A DNA stretch of 64,000 bases. It comes from an uncultured Acidobacteriota bacterium. GTDB lineage: Bacteria > Acidobacteriota > Blastocatellia > RBC074. The notes under the pieces were generated by a model, which ran no database searches, had not been told where the DNA came from, and saw only the letters and a program-made list of their open reading frames with translations. Each line of letters starts with the position of its first letter. Position 1 is the stretch's first letter. The position numbers and the translations under genes are program-made. Below, in pieces: positions 52,201-62,500 of the stretch. Location of the stretch: assembly GCA_963796275.1 (NCBI GenBank), contig CAWCKY010000002.1, positions 544,001 through 608,000 of the forward strand, read 5' to 3'.

Positions 52201-54459
52201 ATGACGGCTACCAGGCATCTCAAGAGCGGTCTTCTACTCCTGGCCTTGGTCTGCACCACGCAGGCGTTTGACGATGATCACAAGTTCAGCGATGCCGAAC
52301 TTAACTACTGGGCCTATCAGAAAGTGCACAAACCGGCGATACCGGCAGTACGAGATCGCGCCTGGGTAAAAACTCCGGTCGACGCTTTCATCCTCAAGGA
52401 ATTGGAGGCGAAACAGCTCAGGCCGACGCCTCGCGCAGACAAAATCACGCTCTTGCGGCGAGCAAGCTTCGATCTGACAGGGCTGCCGCCCACGCCGGCG
52501 GAGGTTAAAGCCTTTGTGAGCGATAACTCGCCGAATGCGTTCGAGAAGGTTGTCGACCGGCTGCTCGCATCGCCGCACTACGGCGAGAAGTGGGCGCGGC
52601 ACTGGCTCGACCTGGCGCGCTACGCGGAGAGCGAAGGATTCAAGAGCGACGAGACGCGGCCCAACGCCTGGCGATACCGCGACTACGTGATCAAATCTTT
52701 CAATCAAGATAAGCCGTACGACCGGTTCATCAAGGAGCAGATCGCCGGCGATGAATTATGGCCTGATGACCCTGACGCCGTGGTTGCTACCGGCTTCAAT
52801 CGCCATTACCCCGACGAGAGCAACGCCCGCAATTTGATGCAACGTCGCCAGGAGATTCTCAATGACATCACCGACACGGTTGGCGCCGTCTTTATGGCGA
52901 CCACCTATGGCTGCGCGCGTTGTCACGATCATAAATACGACCCGGTCCTTCAGAAAGATTATTACCGTCTCCAGGCTTTCTTCGCAGGCGTCCGCGCGAA
53001 AGACGACTTCGTGCTGGTCGACGCCACGGCGCAGGCTGAATACAAAAAGACGCGCGCTCTCTGGGAGGAGAATACCCGAGATATCCGTGATCAGCTCGTC
53101 AAACTGGAAGAGCCGGTCATCAAGGCAATCTACAAGGAGAATTTCGACAAATACCCGCCTGAGATACGAGAGGCTATAACAACATCGCCGGAAAAGCGCG
53201 ACACCATGCAGTGGCTGATGTACCACAAGTCTAACTGGCTACTCAATTCGAATATGGATGAGGATGGCAATGGAATCGGGCAGAAACTGAAGGGCGAGCC
53301 GCGCAAGCAGTGGGATGAATTGAGAAAGCAATTGGCCGAGTTCGACGAGCTCAAACCCAAGCCACTGCCCGTCGGCTTCGGCATTACGGATGTAGGGCCT
53401 GACGCGCCTCCGACGCACACGCTCAATGCGGGCGCATACGATGCACCGGGAAATGAAGTTCAACCCGGCTTTCTGACAATCATGGATCGTGGCCCGGCGA
53501 AGATAGCTCCTCCACCAGGCGGTAAGACCACTGGCCGCCGGTCCGCCCTCGCCAACTGGTTGGCGACTCCCGACAATCCGCTGACCGCACGCGTTATGGT
53601 CAATCGCATCTGGCATTATCACTTCGGGAGAGGAATCGTGGGGACGCCCTCCGATTTCGGCATCATGAGCCAGGCCGAATCCAACCGGCCGTTGCTCGAC
53701 TGGCTCGCCACGGCATTCGTTGAAAAAGGTTGGAGCATCAAGGCTCTGCATCGCCTGGTTATGCTCTCGAATACCTACCAGCAATCTTCGGACTTCAATT
53801 CCGAAGCGGCGAAGATAGACCCGCAGAACCAACTATTATGGCGCTTCCAGCGACAGCGTCTGACCGGGGAAGAGATTCGGGATGCTATTCTGGCCGTGAG
53901 CGGGCAGCTGAATCCGGAGATGGGCGGACCCAGCGTCTTCCCTGAGATCCCCGAAGGCATGGAGGTGCGGGGCGGGTGGAAGAAGAACGAGCAGGAAGAG
54001 GCGAAGAACCGGCGCAGTATTTACGTCTTCGTACGGCGCAACTCGCGCTATCCAATGTTCCATACATTCGATATGCCAGACACCCACGAGAGTTGTCCGA
54101 TCCGCCCACACACCGTCACGGCACCGCAAGCGCTCTCGCTCTTGAACGACAAAATCATACTGCGGGCGGCGCAATCATTTGCGGGCCGCGTATTGCGGGA
54201 TTTCAGCTCGGACGTTAACGCACAGGTCTCGAGCGCCTACCGCTTCGCGCTCTCGCGCGAGCCAGACGCAACTGAACGCGAGCTTGCGCTCGCCTTCTTA
54301 CAAAAACAATCGCAGATAATCAAAGCCAGAATTGAGCAAAAGAAGCCCGTAGGATTGCCAACGGATATGAGCTCGGGTGTCGACCCCGCACACGCGGCCG
54401 CGCTGGTGGATTTCTGTCACATCCTCTTCAACGCGAATGAGTTCGTATATCTCAATTAG
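52201..54459 (+). CDS. DUF1549/DUF1553 (PSD1) domain protein
   Basis: Signal peptide; YGEKWARHWLDLARY, CARCHDHKYDP, RVMVNRIWHYHFG, NEFVYLN end. Confidence 0.9.
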   Translation: MTATRHLKSGLLLLALVCTTQAFDDDHKFSDAELNYWAYQKVHKPAIPAVRDRAWVKTPVDAFILKELEAKQLRPTPRADKITLLRRASFDLTGLPPTPAEVKAFVSDNSPNAFEKVVDRLLASPHYGEKWARHWLDLARYAESEGFKSDETRPNAWRYRDYVIKSFNQDKPYDRFIKEQIAGDELWPDDPDAVVATGFNRHYPDESNARNLMQRRQEILNDITDTVGAVFMATTYGCARCHDHKYDPVLQKDYYRLQAFFAGVRAKDDFVLVDATAQAEYKKTRALWEENTRDIRDQLVKLEEPVIKAIYKENFDKYPPEIREAITTSPEKRDTMQWLMYHKSNWLLNSNMDEDGNGIGQKLKGEPRKQWDELRKQLAEFDELKPKPLPVGFGITDVGPDAPPTHTLNAGAYDAPGNEVQPGFLTIMDRGPAKIAPPPGGKTTGRRSALANWLATPDNPLTARVMVNRIWHYHFGRGIVGTPSDFGIMSQAESNRPLLDWLATAFVEKGWSIKALHRLVMLSNTYQQSSDFNSEAAKIDPQNQLLWRFQRQRLTGEEIRDAILAVSGQLNPEMGGPSVFPEIPEGMEVRGGWKKNEQEEAKNRRSIYVFVRRNSRYPMFHTFDMPDTHESCPIRPHTVTAPQALSLLNDKIILRAAQSFAGRVLRDFSSDVNAQVSSAYRFALSREPDATERELALAFLQKQSQIIKARIEQKKPVGLPTDMSSGVDPAHAAALVDFCHILFNANEFVYLN

Positions 54460-54486
54460 ATGGGTTTCCGCTCTTGAAACGCGCTC

Positions 54487-54613
54487 GTAGTTCCGCCTTC
54501 AGGCGGCCTGAAATCGATCGAAAAGAAAAAGACCGAGGTGACGCGGAACTCCAAACGCGATCTCAACGGCGATCTCAAAAGCGGAACATGTTTGGAGTTC
54601 CGCCTTCAGGCGG
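54487..54613. repeat. REP cluster (GTAG/GGAG-type palindromes)
   Basis: GTAGTTCCGCCTTCAGGCGG (54487-54506), an inverted partial copy GCGGAACTCCAAAC (54543-54556), and GTTTGGAGTTCCGCCTTCAGGCGG (54590-54613). Confidence 0.8.
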
Positions 54614-54661
54614 TCAGCCTCCTATGAATGGGGGATTCCAATATCCTGAGGAGATACGGTA

Positions 54662-56101
54662 ATGAAAGCACTGGAAAAAGAAGAGCTCGAAAAAAGAGCG
54701 CTCGCCAAACGCCGAAACTTCCTGATGCAGGCGAGCGGCGGGTTGGGGGCAATCGCGCTAGCTTCGGTGTTATCCGACGACGTGTTCGGCACGGAGAATA
54801 AAACCACTGACCCTCTGGCCTCGAAGAACCCTCACCACAAGCCGCGCGCCAATTCCGTCATCTGGCTTTTCATGGAAGGCGGACCGAGCCACCTCGACAC
54901 CTTCGACCCCAAACCGGCGTTGGATAGGTTAGCGGGAAAGCCGATGCCTGAATCATTCGGGAGGCCGCTCACGGCGATGGGCACGGCTTCGAATACAATC
55001 ATGCCCACCAAACGCATATTCAAACAGTACGGGCAAAGCGGCATCCCCGTCTCAGACTGGCTACCGAATATCGCCGAACACGCAGACGAGCTGGCCGTCA
55101 TCCGCTCTTGCTGGGCAGATGGGTTGAATCACGTCGGGTCGGTTTGCCAGATGAACACCGGTTCGATCCTGGCTGGCCGCCCCTCGCTGGGAAGCTGGGC
55201 AACTTATGGCTTGGGTACTGCGAATCAGAACCTGCCGACCTTCATCATACTGTGTGACGATAAGGAAGTAGTCGGCGGCCCCAAGAACTGGAGCTCCGGC
55301 TTCCTGCCGGCGGTCTACCAGGGCACACAATTCCGCCAGGGACCGACGCCGATCTTCCATCTCGCCGCCCCCGAAACGATAGGAGATGAGCAGCAACGAA
55401 ATAAACTCGACCTGCTGGCTCAGATCAATAAGCGCTTCTCCGCTTCAAGGACGGATGACACCGAACTGCTGGCGCGCCTCAACTCTTACGAGTTGGCTTA
55501 CCGCATGCAGTCGGCCGCACCTGAGGCCGTAGACCTTACGAAAGAGTCGGAGGCGACGAAGAAACTCTACGGCATCGATAACCCGGCCACGACCAAATAC
55601 GGCACGATGTGCTTGCTCGCGCGCCGCCTGGTCGAACGCGACGTGCGGTTCATCCAGTTGTATTCGGGATCGGGCAGCGCCTGGGATGCTCACAACAATA
55701 TCGAAAGCAACCACACCCGGATGTGCCTCAGCACCGATAAACCAATCGCCGGCTTGCTAGCTGACTTGAAGTCTCGCGGTTTGCTCGAAACAACGCTCGT
55801 TGTCTGGGGCGGAGAATTCGGCCGCACGCCCTTCAACGAGAAAGGCGACGGACGCGATCATAATCCATGGGGATTTACTATCTGGATGGCAGGGGCTGGG
55901 ATCAAGGGCGGCCAGATTATCGGCGCGACCGATGAAATTGGATTGCGGGCGATCGATAAGCGGGCGCACGTCCACGACATCCACGCCACAATCCTCCATA
56001 TGCTCGGTCTCAATCACCATCGCACACTATTTCAGCATAATGGGCGGATGGAACGGCCAACTATTAACGGCGGCGTACTGATAAAGGATCTGATCTCATA
56101 G
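54662..56101 (+). CDS. DUF1501-family Tat-exported protein
   Basis: KRRNFL Tat motif, LFMEGGPSHLDTFDPKP, WGGEFGRTP, GRDHNP, HDIHATILH. Confidence 0.9.
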   Translation: MKALEKEELEKRALAKRRNFLMQASGGLGAIALASVLSDDVFGTENKTTDPLASKNPHHKPRANSVIWLFMEGGPSHLDTFDPKPALDRLAGKPMPESFGRPLTAMGTASNTIMPTKRIFKQYGQSGIPVSDWLPNIAEHADELAVIRSCWADGLNHVGSVCQMNTGSILAGRPSLGSWATYGLGTANQNLPTFIILCDDKEVVGGPKNWSSGFLPAVYQGTQFRQGPTPIFHLAAPETIGDEQQRNKLDLLAQINKRFSASRTDDTELLARLNSYELAYRMQSAAPEAVDLTKESEATKKLYGIDNPATTKYGTMCLLARRLVERDVRFIQLYSGSGSAWDAHNNIESNHTRMCLSTDKPIAGLLADLKSRGLLETTLVVWGGEFGRTPFNEKGDGRDHNPWGFTIWMAGAGIKGGQIIGATDEIGLRAIDKRAHVHDIHATILHMLGLNHHRTLFQHNGRMERPTINGGVLIKDLIS

Positions 56102-56119
56102 AATTAACAAAAACATTAT

Positions 56120-56148
56120 TTGACATAAATGAATCATTTGTGTAGTTT
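56120..56148 (+). promoter_or_regulatory. Putative sigma70 promoter with a palindromic operator in the spacer
   Basis: TTGACA-N17-TAGTTT; AAATGA-A-TCATTT palindrome at 56127-56139. Confidence 0.55.
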
Positions 56149-56306
56149 GCATAATCGCTGTGCAGTTTGTTTTTTCTCCCCCTGAACCCAACGATCAGTC
56201 TCAGTTAAAGCTCACATAGATCAACGACTTTTTGTTATGTCAGCTGTGCATTCTTTGTTTCTTTGCCCAATTAAGGTCCTCACAGTCGTTGCAGAGGAGA
56301 ATGTGC

Positions 56307-57437
56307 GTGTTCAACAGGATTATCGAGATTATCGAGATTATCGAGATTATCGAGATTATATTGATAACGATCGCCCTCAGCATTGGCCTCTTCTCCGCGG
56401 TTTCACTCTTTCCCAATGAATCATATGCTGGAACAGCGACCTTTCCTTGCTGCCAGAGCGACGGTAAAGAGAAACGACCCCAGCAGGAAGAACCGATAGC
56501 GGTAATAAACGGCCGCAGGATCGACAAATCTGATGTCGATGCCCCGATGGCATCTCAGATACAGGCGCTCGAACAGAAGATATACGAGATGCGAAGCAGG
56601 TCTCTGGAGACGCTGATCAACAAATTCCTCCTCGACGAAGAAGCAGCCCGGAGAGGTATCAATCTGGAGGAGTTGAGGCGTCAGGTAATAGCCGGAGTCA
56701 AGGTCGACGAAAAAGAAGTAGAAGCTGCATACAACAATAACCTGAGTCGCTATGGACCGCCTCCGGTCAGTGAACTTGAAGCCAAAGAACGGATCAGGGC
56801 AACGCTGGAGTCTCAGAAGCGATCGCAGGCTCTAAGCCAGGCAATAAGTGAGCTCAGGAGCAAATCCAAAATCGAACTCTACCTGAAAGCCCCGGAACCA
56901 TTGAAAATTGAGATCGATAAGAATGGTCCTGCGTTAGGCGCTGATAACGCTCCAATTACTATTGCTGTATTCTCCGATTTTCAATGTCAATACTGTAAGA
57001 AGGTCAATGATACGTTGAAACAGGTAATGCAAAGTAGTAACAAAGTCAGGATACTATATAAAAATCTTCCATTACCCAACCACGCCCAGTCCTTCAAAGC
57101 CGCGCAGGCCGCCAATTGTGCCGCGGCACAGAACAAGTTTTGGCCATATCACGACCTCCTTTTCGAACATTCGAGCGATCTCTCCGACAATTCGTTGAAG
57201 AGATATGCATCCGAGATTGGGATTGATTCGAATAAATTCAATTCATGTATCGACTCAGAGGGCAGCAGAGAAGCGGTCTTGAAAGATTTACAGGAAGCCA
57301 GACGAGCCGGGATATTCAGTACTCCGACTTTCATCATTAATGGTCGCGTGTTGAAGGGAGCGAGGACCTACGAGGACTTCAAAGCGATAATCGATCAAGC
57401 TCTCAAAGATCAAAAGACTGAAACTTCGGATAAATGA
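56307..57437 (+). CDS. DsbA-family thiol-disulfide oxidoreductase with N-terminal SurA-like chaperone domain
   Basis: GADNAPITIAVFSDFQCQYC active site, STPTFIING cis-Pro loop, PIAVINGRRI SurA-N-like region. GTG start 7 nt after GAGGAG. Confidence 0.88.
   Translation: MFNRIIEIIEIIEIIEIILITIALSIGLFSAVSLFPNESYAGTATFPCCQSDGKEKRPQQEEPIAVINGRRIDKSDVDAPMASQIQALEQKIYEMRSRSLETLINKFLLDEEAARRGINLEELRRQVIAGVKVDEKEVEAAYNNNLSRYGPPPVSELEAKERIRATLESQKRSQALSQAISELRSKSKIELYLKAPEPLKIEIDKNGPALGADNAPITIAVFSDFQCQYCKKVNDTLKQVMQSSNKVRILYKNLPLPNHAQSFKAAQAANCAAAQNKFWPYHDLLFEHSSDLSDNSLKRYASEIGIDSNKFNSCIDSEGSREAVLKDLQEARRAGIFSTPTFIINGRVLKGARTYEDFKAIIDQALKDQKTETSDK
56318..56359 (+). repeat. In-frame 9-bp tandem repeat (GATTATCGA x4 plus partial)
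   Basis: Encodes IIE repeats at the N-terminus of the DsbA protein. Confidence 0.9.
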
Positions 57438-57454
57438 ATCAGGAGGGATTTGAA

Positions 57455-58378
57455 ATGAAAGCTGCACGGCGTTTCGGATATATTACACCGATACTCAGCG
57501 TGGTCTTCTCAATGCTCGCGTTTTCAGCGGTAAACGCCCAGAACATCTGTACGGTCTCCCTCAATACTGTCAATCACAACAGATACGCCTATGAAACGGA
57601 TGAAGAGTGTACCGCCGGTCTGCACACAGTACCGTGGGGTAACTGGGGGGTAAATTCCAACGTCGGAACCGTTCAGGACAGAGATCAGTTCAAAGGATGG
57701 AGACAGTCATGTTCCGAGGTCAAAGTCGAATGGAACAGCTGCTCTGTCAATTATGCACACCCCGATCAGAATTGCTCAAGACTTAATTTCCCTAATTGGG
57801 AAGGTACTTATCCATATCCGGCAAATGGCTATCCGGCAAGCGACTCCTATGGCTGGAATGATACGGTCCTCCCTTTCGGGAACACCACCTGCGTGGATCA
57901 ATATTCTCCTTGCGGGTTCAACCAATATGGCGGCGCACAGGTAAGTTACCAGGTGTCCGCACCTAGAGACTTCGACTGCGATGGAACTTTCGACAGCGGC
58001 GGCTGCCTTGACTTGAACGGTTCTTCTTTCACTGTCCGCAATAATTTCATGTCCGTCTATGAGCTGGACAGCCCGGACAGCGACGACCTCGTCGAAAGTA
58101 TGTATTTCCCCGATCTATCGGTAACGATGAATTGTGATGCGTATGGTTGTTACGCGGTCGGAGATAACAATTACGATGGTTGGATCGATGACGTAAACGA
58201 TCAATCCAGCCCGGCTTACAAGTGGCCGACGGTATATCAGGATGATTTGGATGTCATCTGTTATCCGAATGACTTCGGCGTTCCATGTAAAAGAATCGAT
58301 GCCACCATCCGGATCGGTCGCTTCTCCGGCTCTTTAAACCGGGCGCCGTGTGACCCGGTATGCAACCCTGATTGTTAG
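57455..58378 (+). CDS. Secreted cysteine-rich hypothetical protein (16 Cys)
   Basis: RBS GGAGG, signal peptide ending VNA-Q, 16 Cys in the mature chain, DFDCDG and DNNYDG motifs, ends CDPVCNPDC. Confidence 0.8.
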   Translation: MKAARRFGYITPILSVVFSMLAFSAVNAQNICTVSLNTVNHNRYAYETDEECTAGLHTVPWGNWGVNSNVGTVQDRDQFKGWRQSCSEVKVEWNSCSVNYAHPDQNCSRLNFPNWEGTYPYPANGYPASDSYGWNDTVLPFGNTTCVDQYSPCGFNQYGGAQVSYQVSAPRDFDCDGTFDSGGCLDLNGSSFTVRNNFMSVYELDSPDSDDLVESMYFPDLSVTMNCDAYGCYAVGDNNYDGWIDDVNDQSSPAYKWPTVYQDDLDVICYPNDFGVPCKRIDATIRIGRFSGSLNRAPCDPVCNPDC

Positions 58379-58533
58379 CTATAATAGTTTTCAGTTTTCA
58401 GTTTTTAGTTACAGGATGAGATCAGAAAGCTGAATTGGATTAGGCAACGATGAAATGCCGGAAGCGCGGCATACTTATCGCTTCGTAAAAAGAGACGCTC
58501 AAGATCTATCCTGAAACTTTTCTGGGAGATCGT

Positions 58534-59475
58534 ATGATCAAAGCAATTATCGCATCGTGCGTTTTGGTCGCTGCTCTTTGCCCCATCATAGCCACAGGAC
58601 AGACGGGGCAGAGCGGCGCAGGAAAGATTATCGGCAAAGTTATAGAACGCGAATCGTTCCAGACGATCCCGGCCGAAATCTCTATCGCAGGCCGCGATGA
58701 TCGCAATCTTTATCTGAGACACGCTAAGGCTTCGGAAGACGGTCTGTTCGAAATCGCCGATCTGCCGGCCGGAGAATTGCACCTGACCACCAAATTTGAA
58801 GGATATGCGACCGATCATTTGAACGTCTCTCTCAGTAAAGGTGAGACCCGATATGTTGAGTTCTATCTGGCGAAGGGCAAAACAGTGCGCGGGGTTGTCC
58901 TGGACCAGTCGAATACCCCAATCGCCGGCGCCCGAATTAACGTCGGTTACGTTCGTGATGCAACCGCAGTCTCTGCAGTAGTTGCTCGCTACCAATGGGA
59001 GATGGGAGATGCAGTTACGGATCAGCTGGGGAGGTATGAGATTCGCAACCTGCATCCGGAACAGGAGTTCATGATTGAAGCGATACACCCAAAATATCCA
59101 TCGATAACCTCATCACCATTGCGGTTCAATCCGCAGGAGGCAGAGCTATCTCTGAATCTTTCTGTCAGCAGGGGGGTCGGAGTAATCGGTATAGTACGCG
59201 ATGCCGAGAGAAATATTCTCAAAGGCGCCAGAGTAATGATGTTTGATGTTGTAAAATCTGATTCTCCGCAATTATCCCAATCACAGAGCGCGATAGATGG
59301 CCGCACGCATACATCGAGTGACGAAGCCGGGGCTTTCAATTTCGAACAGATAATGCCGATGAAAAAGATGCTTGTCGTAGTGCATCCGGGCTATCAACCC
59401 TATCGGCAAATCATCGATCTGACTGGACGGCAAACTCAGTTATCGCTCGACGTGGTGCTGCAAAAGAAGAATTGA
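58534..59475 (+). CDS. Secreted protein with three carboxypeptidase-regulatory-like beta-sandwich repeats
   Basis: Signal peptide; repeats starting IIGKVI, VRGVVLDQ, VIGIVRDA, each with G-x-F/Y-x-I/F and H/F-x-x-Y motifs. Confidence 0.8.
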   Translation: MIKAIIASCVLVAALCPIIATGQTGQSGAGKIIGKVIERESFQTIPAEISIAGRDDRNLYLRHAKASEDGLFEIADLPAGELHLTTKFEGYATDHLNVSLSKGETRYVEFYLAKGKTVRGVVLDQSNTPIAGARINVGYVRDATAVSAVVARYQWEMGDAVTDQLGRYEIRNLHPEQEFMIEAIHPKYPSITSSPLRFNPQEAELSLNLSVSRGVGVIGIVRDAERNILKGARVMMFDVVKSDSPQLSQSQSAIDGRTHTSSDEAGAFNFEQIMPMKKMLVVVHPGYQPYRQIIDLTGRQTQLSLDVVLQKKN

Positions 59476-59527
59476 CCGGCATAGTGTATTGGTCATTTTC
59501 TTTTGCTGCTTTTGTTTCCACCAAACA

Positions 59528-62500
59528 TCAGAACCCAAACATAATATTCAAGTTAAGTTGCCGCGGCGCACCGGCATTGCTCGGATGCCCAAGGTAAGGC
59601 GAACCTAGCACGCCTCCATATTGGCCAAAGTTTACGTGGTTGAAGATATTGCTGATATTCAGGGCAAAGCGGAGGGTGAACCGTGCTGATTCGGGATTTT
59701 CTAGACTACCCCTGCCCCCGCCGCCTCCGCTGCCCCTCCTGCCCCCGCCGCCACCCCTGCGGCCGCCCTGCCCGATTCGTCCACCAGCCTGGCCACCCGC
59801 CTCGGCACCGATAAAACCAGTTTCACCTGCATTCGACATATTTCCGGCCTGCACGCCGTTTCGCTGGCCAAAGCCGAAAATTTTGGATATCCCTATGTTT
59901 GCATTGAACGTGCCAGGCCCTTCGGCCTTCAAGCCACTCGGGAAGTAAGCGTTCAGGTAATCGAGCAGCGTCATCGTCGACCCGCCCGCTATCCTAACCG
60001 TTCGACCGGGCAGCGGGATCAGCGGATAAAGCATGGCCGGTAAATCCGAATTACGGCCAATCCCGGCCGGCCGATCGCTGAATTGCGTGTCGAGGTTATT
60101 GTCCACCCCGCTGGTTATATTGAAAGGCGCTCCCGAATTTACAAAAAGGTTCGGAGTTACCCTCAAACTCCAGGGCAGATTCACCATCAACAGCATATTG
60201 AAAGAGTGGCGACGATCGCTGAACGAACGCGCCCATTCGGACGAAAGATCGTAGTTGTTTGCCGGGAAAGCGGCATCATCCCTAGCCCAGGCGAGACGGT
60301 AGTTGCTGAAAAACATGAAGCGCTGGCTGAATCGGCGCGAGAATCCGAATGCTAGTTCGTGTCGTATGGATTTCCCTCCCGACTCGGTAGCTATGACATT
60401 TCCCTGCGCGGGATCGGGGCGCTCGCCTGTTTCTGGAAGCGGCGCATTGATATTACGCGCCCGGAACAGATGGACGCCGCGGTTGATGTTATAGCTCAGC
60501 GTCCCGACAAGCGCCCTCGGTAATTGATGTTCGAGACTGAGCATGCCGCTGATGTTGTATGGCGCGCGGAGATTGGGATCCAACACTTCGCGGGTGCTGC
60601 TCTGCTGCACTCTGTTAATGCTGGGGCTGAGCACCGATAGATTCGCCGGGATCGGATCGAGATAGATCGGATTGAAAATTGTTATCGTCTCCTGCGCCTG
60701 CTCGATGTAGCGCAGCGCATTGGCATAGGCGTTCGCGCTCAGACGGTTGAAGAAAAGACCACCGCCGCTGCGGATGACCGTTTTACGGTTCCGGAAAGGT
60801 GACCAGGCGACCGATAAGCGCGGCGCGAAGTTCAGCTTGTCAGCCAGATTTTGTTGGAACTCGTGGCGCAGCCCCAGAGAAATGGTCAATGACTGGCTGA
60901 GGCGAATATCGTCATTCATATACCAGGAAGCCTCATACTGGCTATAGCGCAAAGACGGATCCCCACCATTGACTGCACGATTGATCGTGAATAACGCAGC
61001 GCTCACCGGCTCCCCCATGAGCGCACGGCCGTATTGATCGAGCGTGGAGAAAGAGTAGGTTCCGTTGAAATTGTTCAGGTTAAGATCTCGGACATTTTGT
61101 TGTTCGAGCTGAAGACCGACTTTGATCGTGTGCTTTTTGAGAGTCGTCGTCAGGGAATCCTGAAACTCGATGGTGTTGGTCCGCGAATCACTAGATCGGG
61201 TCGAACCACCACCCTGAAATGCATCGAGCACGTCGATCGCCACAGCTTGCATCACGGGCAATGTCCTGCTCGTCTCCTGCTGAACGCGAAGGCGCGCTTC
61301 GTGAACCAGCCGCGTGTTGATCAGAAAAGTCTCCGAAAAAGAGAGCGAGTGATTGGCGCTTTCGCTGTTAGATGCGCGGTCTGGCGGCATGAGACTCCCG
61401 CCTGTACCGCTGCTATTAAAGCCGCCGCCGATAAAGCCCCCACCACCTCCGCCTCCGCCGCCGCGGCCGCCGAAACCGCCGCCGCCGCCAAAATTACCGC
61501 CGCCGAAATTACCGCCGGCGAATCCTCCGGTGGCGAACTCGGAATTGGTGCGCTCGCTTCCGCGATAGTTGTAATTCATGCGGAGCATGTTCCTCTTGTT
61601 GATAAACAGGCCAGAACGAAGAGAATACCCCGTGCTGCGAGAAGGCGCAGGCACATTGGCGGTGAACAATCCGTCGAGCGTCGTAGCTGATACGAGACCG
61701 CTGCCATCAGTCGGGACCCAATCGACGTTGGCGCTGAAGTCAAGCCGCTTGGGAATGACCGGGCCGCCAAAGAAGAACGTATAGCGTTGCTGGTCCAGTT
61801 CAGGTTTAACCAGCGCGAATGCATTGCGCGCATCGAGCGCGGAATTGCGAAAACCGAAAGAGACGTTGCCGCGCCATTCGCCACTGCCGGGCCTGGTTAT
61901 GATCTCGATGCGGCCGTCTCCGCCTCCGCTGGAGAATTCCGGCGAAAAAAGATTCTGATTGAGGCGGACTTGCATGATCGATTCCCGCGGAGGCATTCGC
62001 CCGCCTCTGAAACCGTGGATCATGATTTGCGCATTGCCGGTCCCGCCCGCGAGAGCCTGTAAGAACTCGATCATCTCCTCCTCCGTCTCCGGCAAGAGCT
62101 CTTGAATCATCTTTTCATTAAGAACGATTCCGGTCAGATTCTGATCAGGTTCGACCGAGACACCCTTGCCATCGGCCGGGATGTCCGTGGATTCATTGAC
62201 CGCAGCGACTTTCATAACGACCTTGAGGGGCGAATTCATCGATGCGGGCTCTATCCCATTCTCAACGTAAGTCTGAAAGCCCTTGTACTCGACGATCAAG
62301 ATATAGATTCCCGGGGGAAGATTTGAAATGGTGAATTCTCCCCTGGAATTGCTCGTAACCGTTCGTTTGCCTTCCTCCCCTGTCGATACTGATACGTTAG
62401 CGCCCTTGAGCGCTGCTCCCAATTCATCGATCACCTGGCCCCGTAACGTTACGGCAGTCTGCCCATACAGCGTCGATGTCAACAGGACGATTCCTAACAG

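Noticed and set aside
2505-56359. CRISPR array among the many short repeats
   Set aside because: All repeats are tandem or inverted without unique 30-40 bp spacers, and there are no cas genes.
58405-59088. 227-aa minus-strand ORF and other long antisense ORFs (e.g. 17385-18200, 46512-47195, 61034-61690)
   Set aside because: Shadow frames of well-supported genes in moderately GC-rich DNA.
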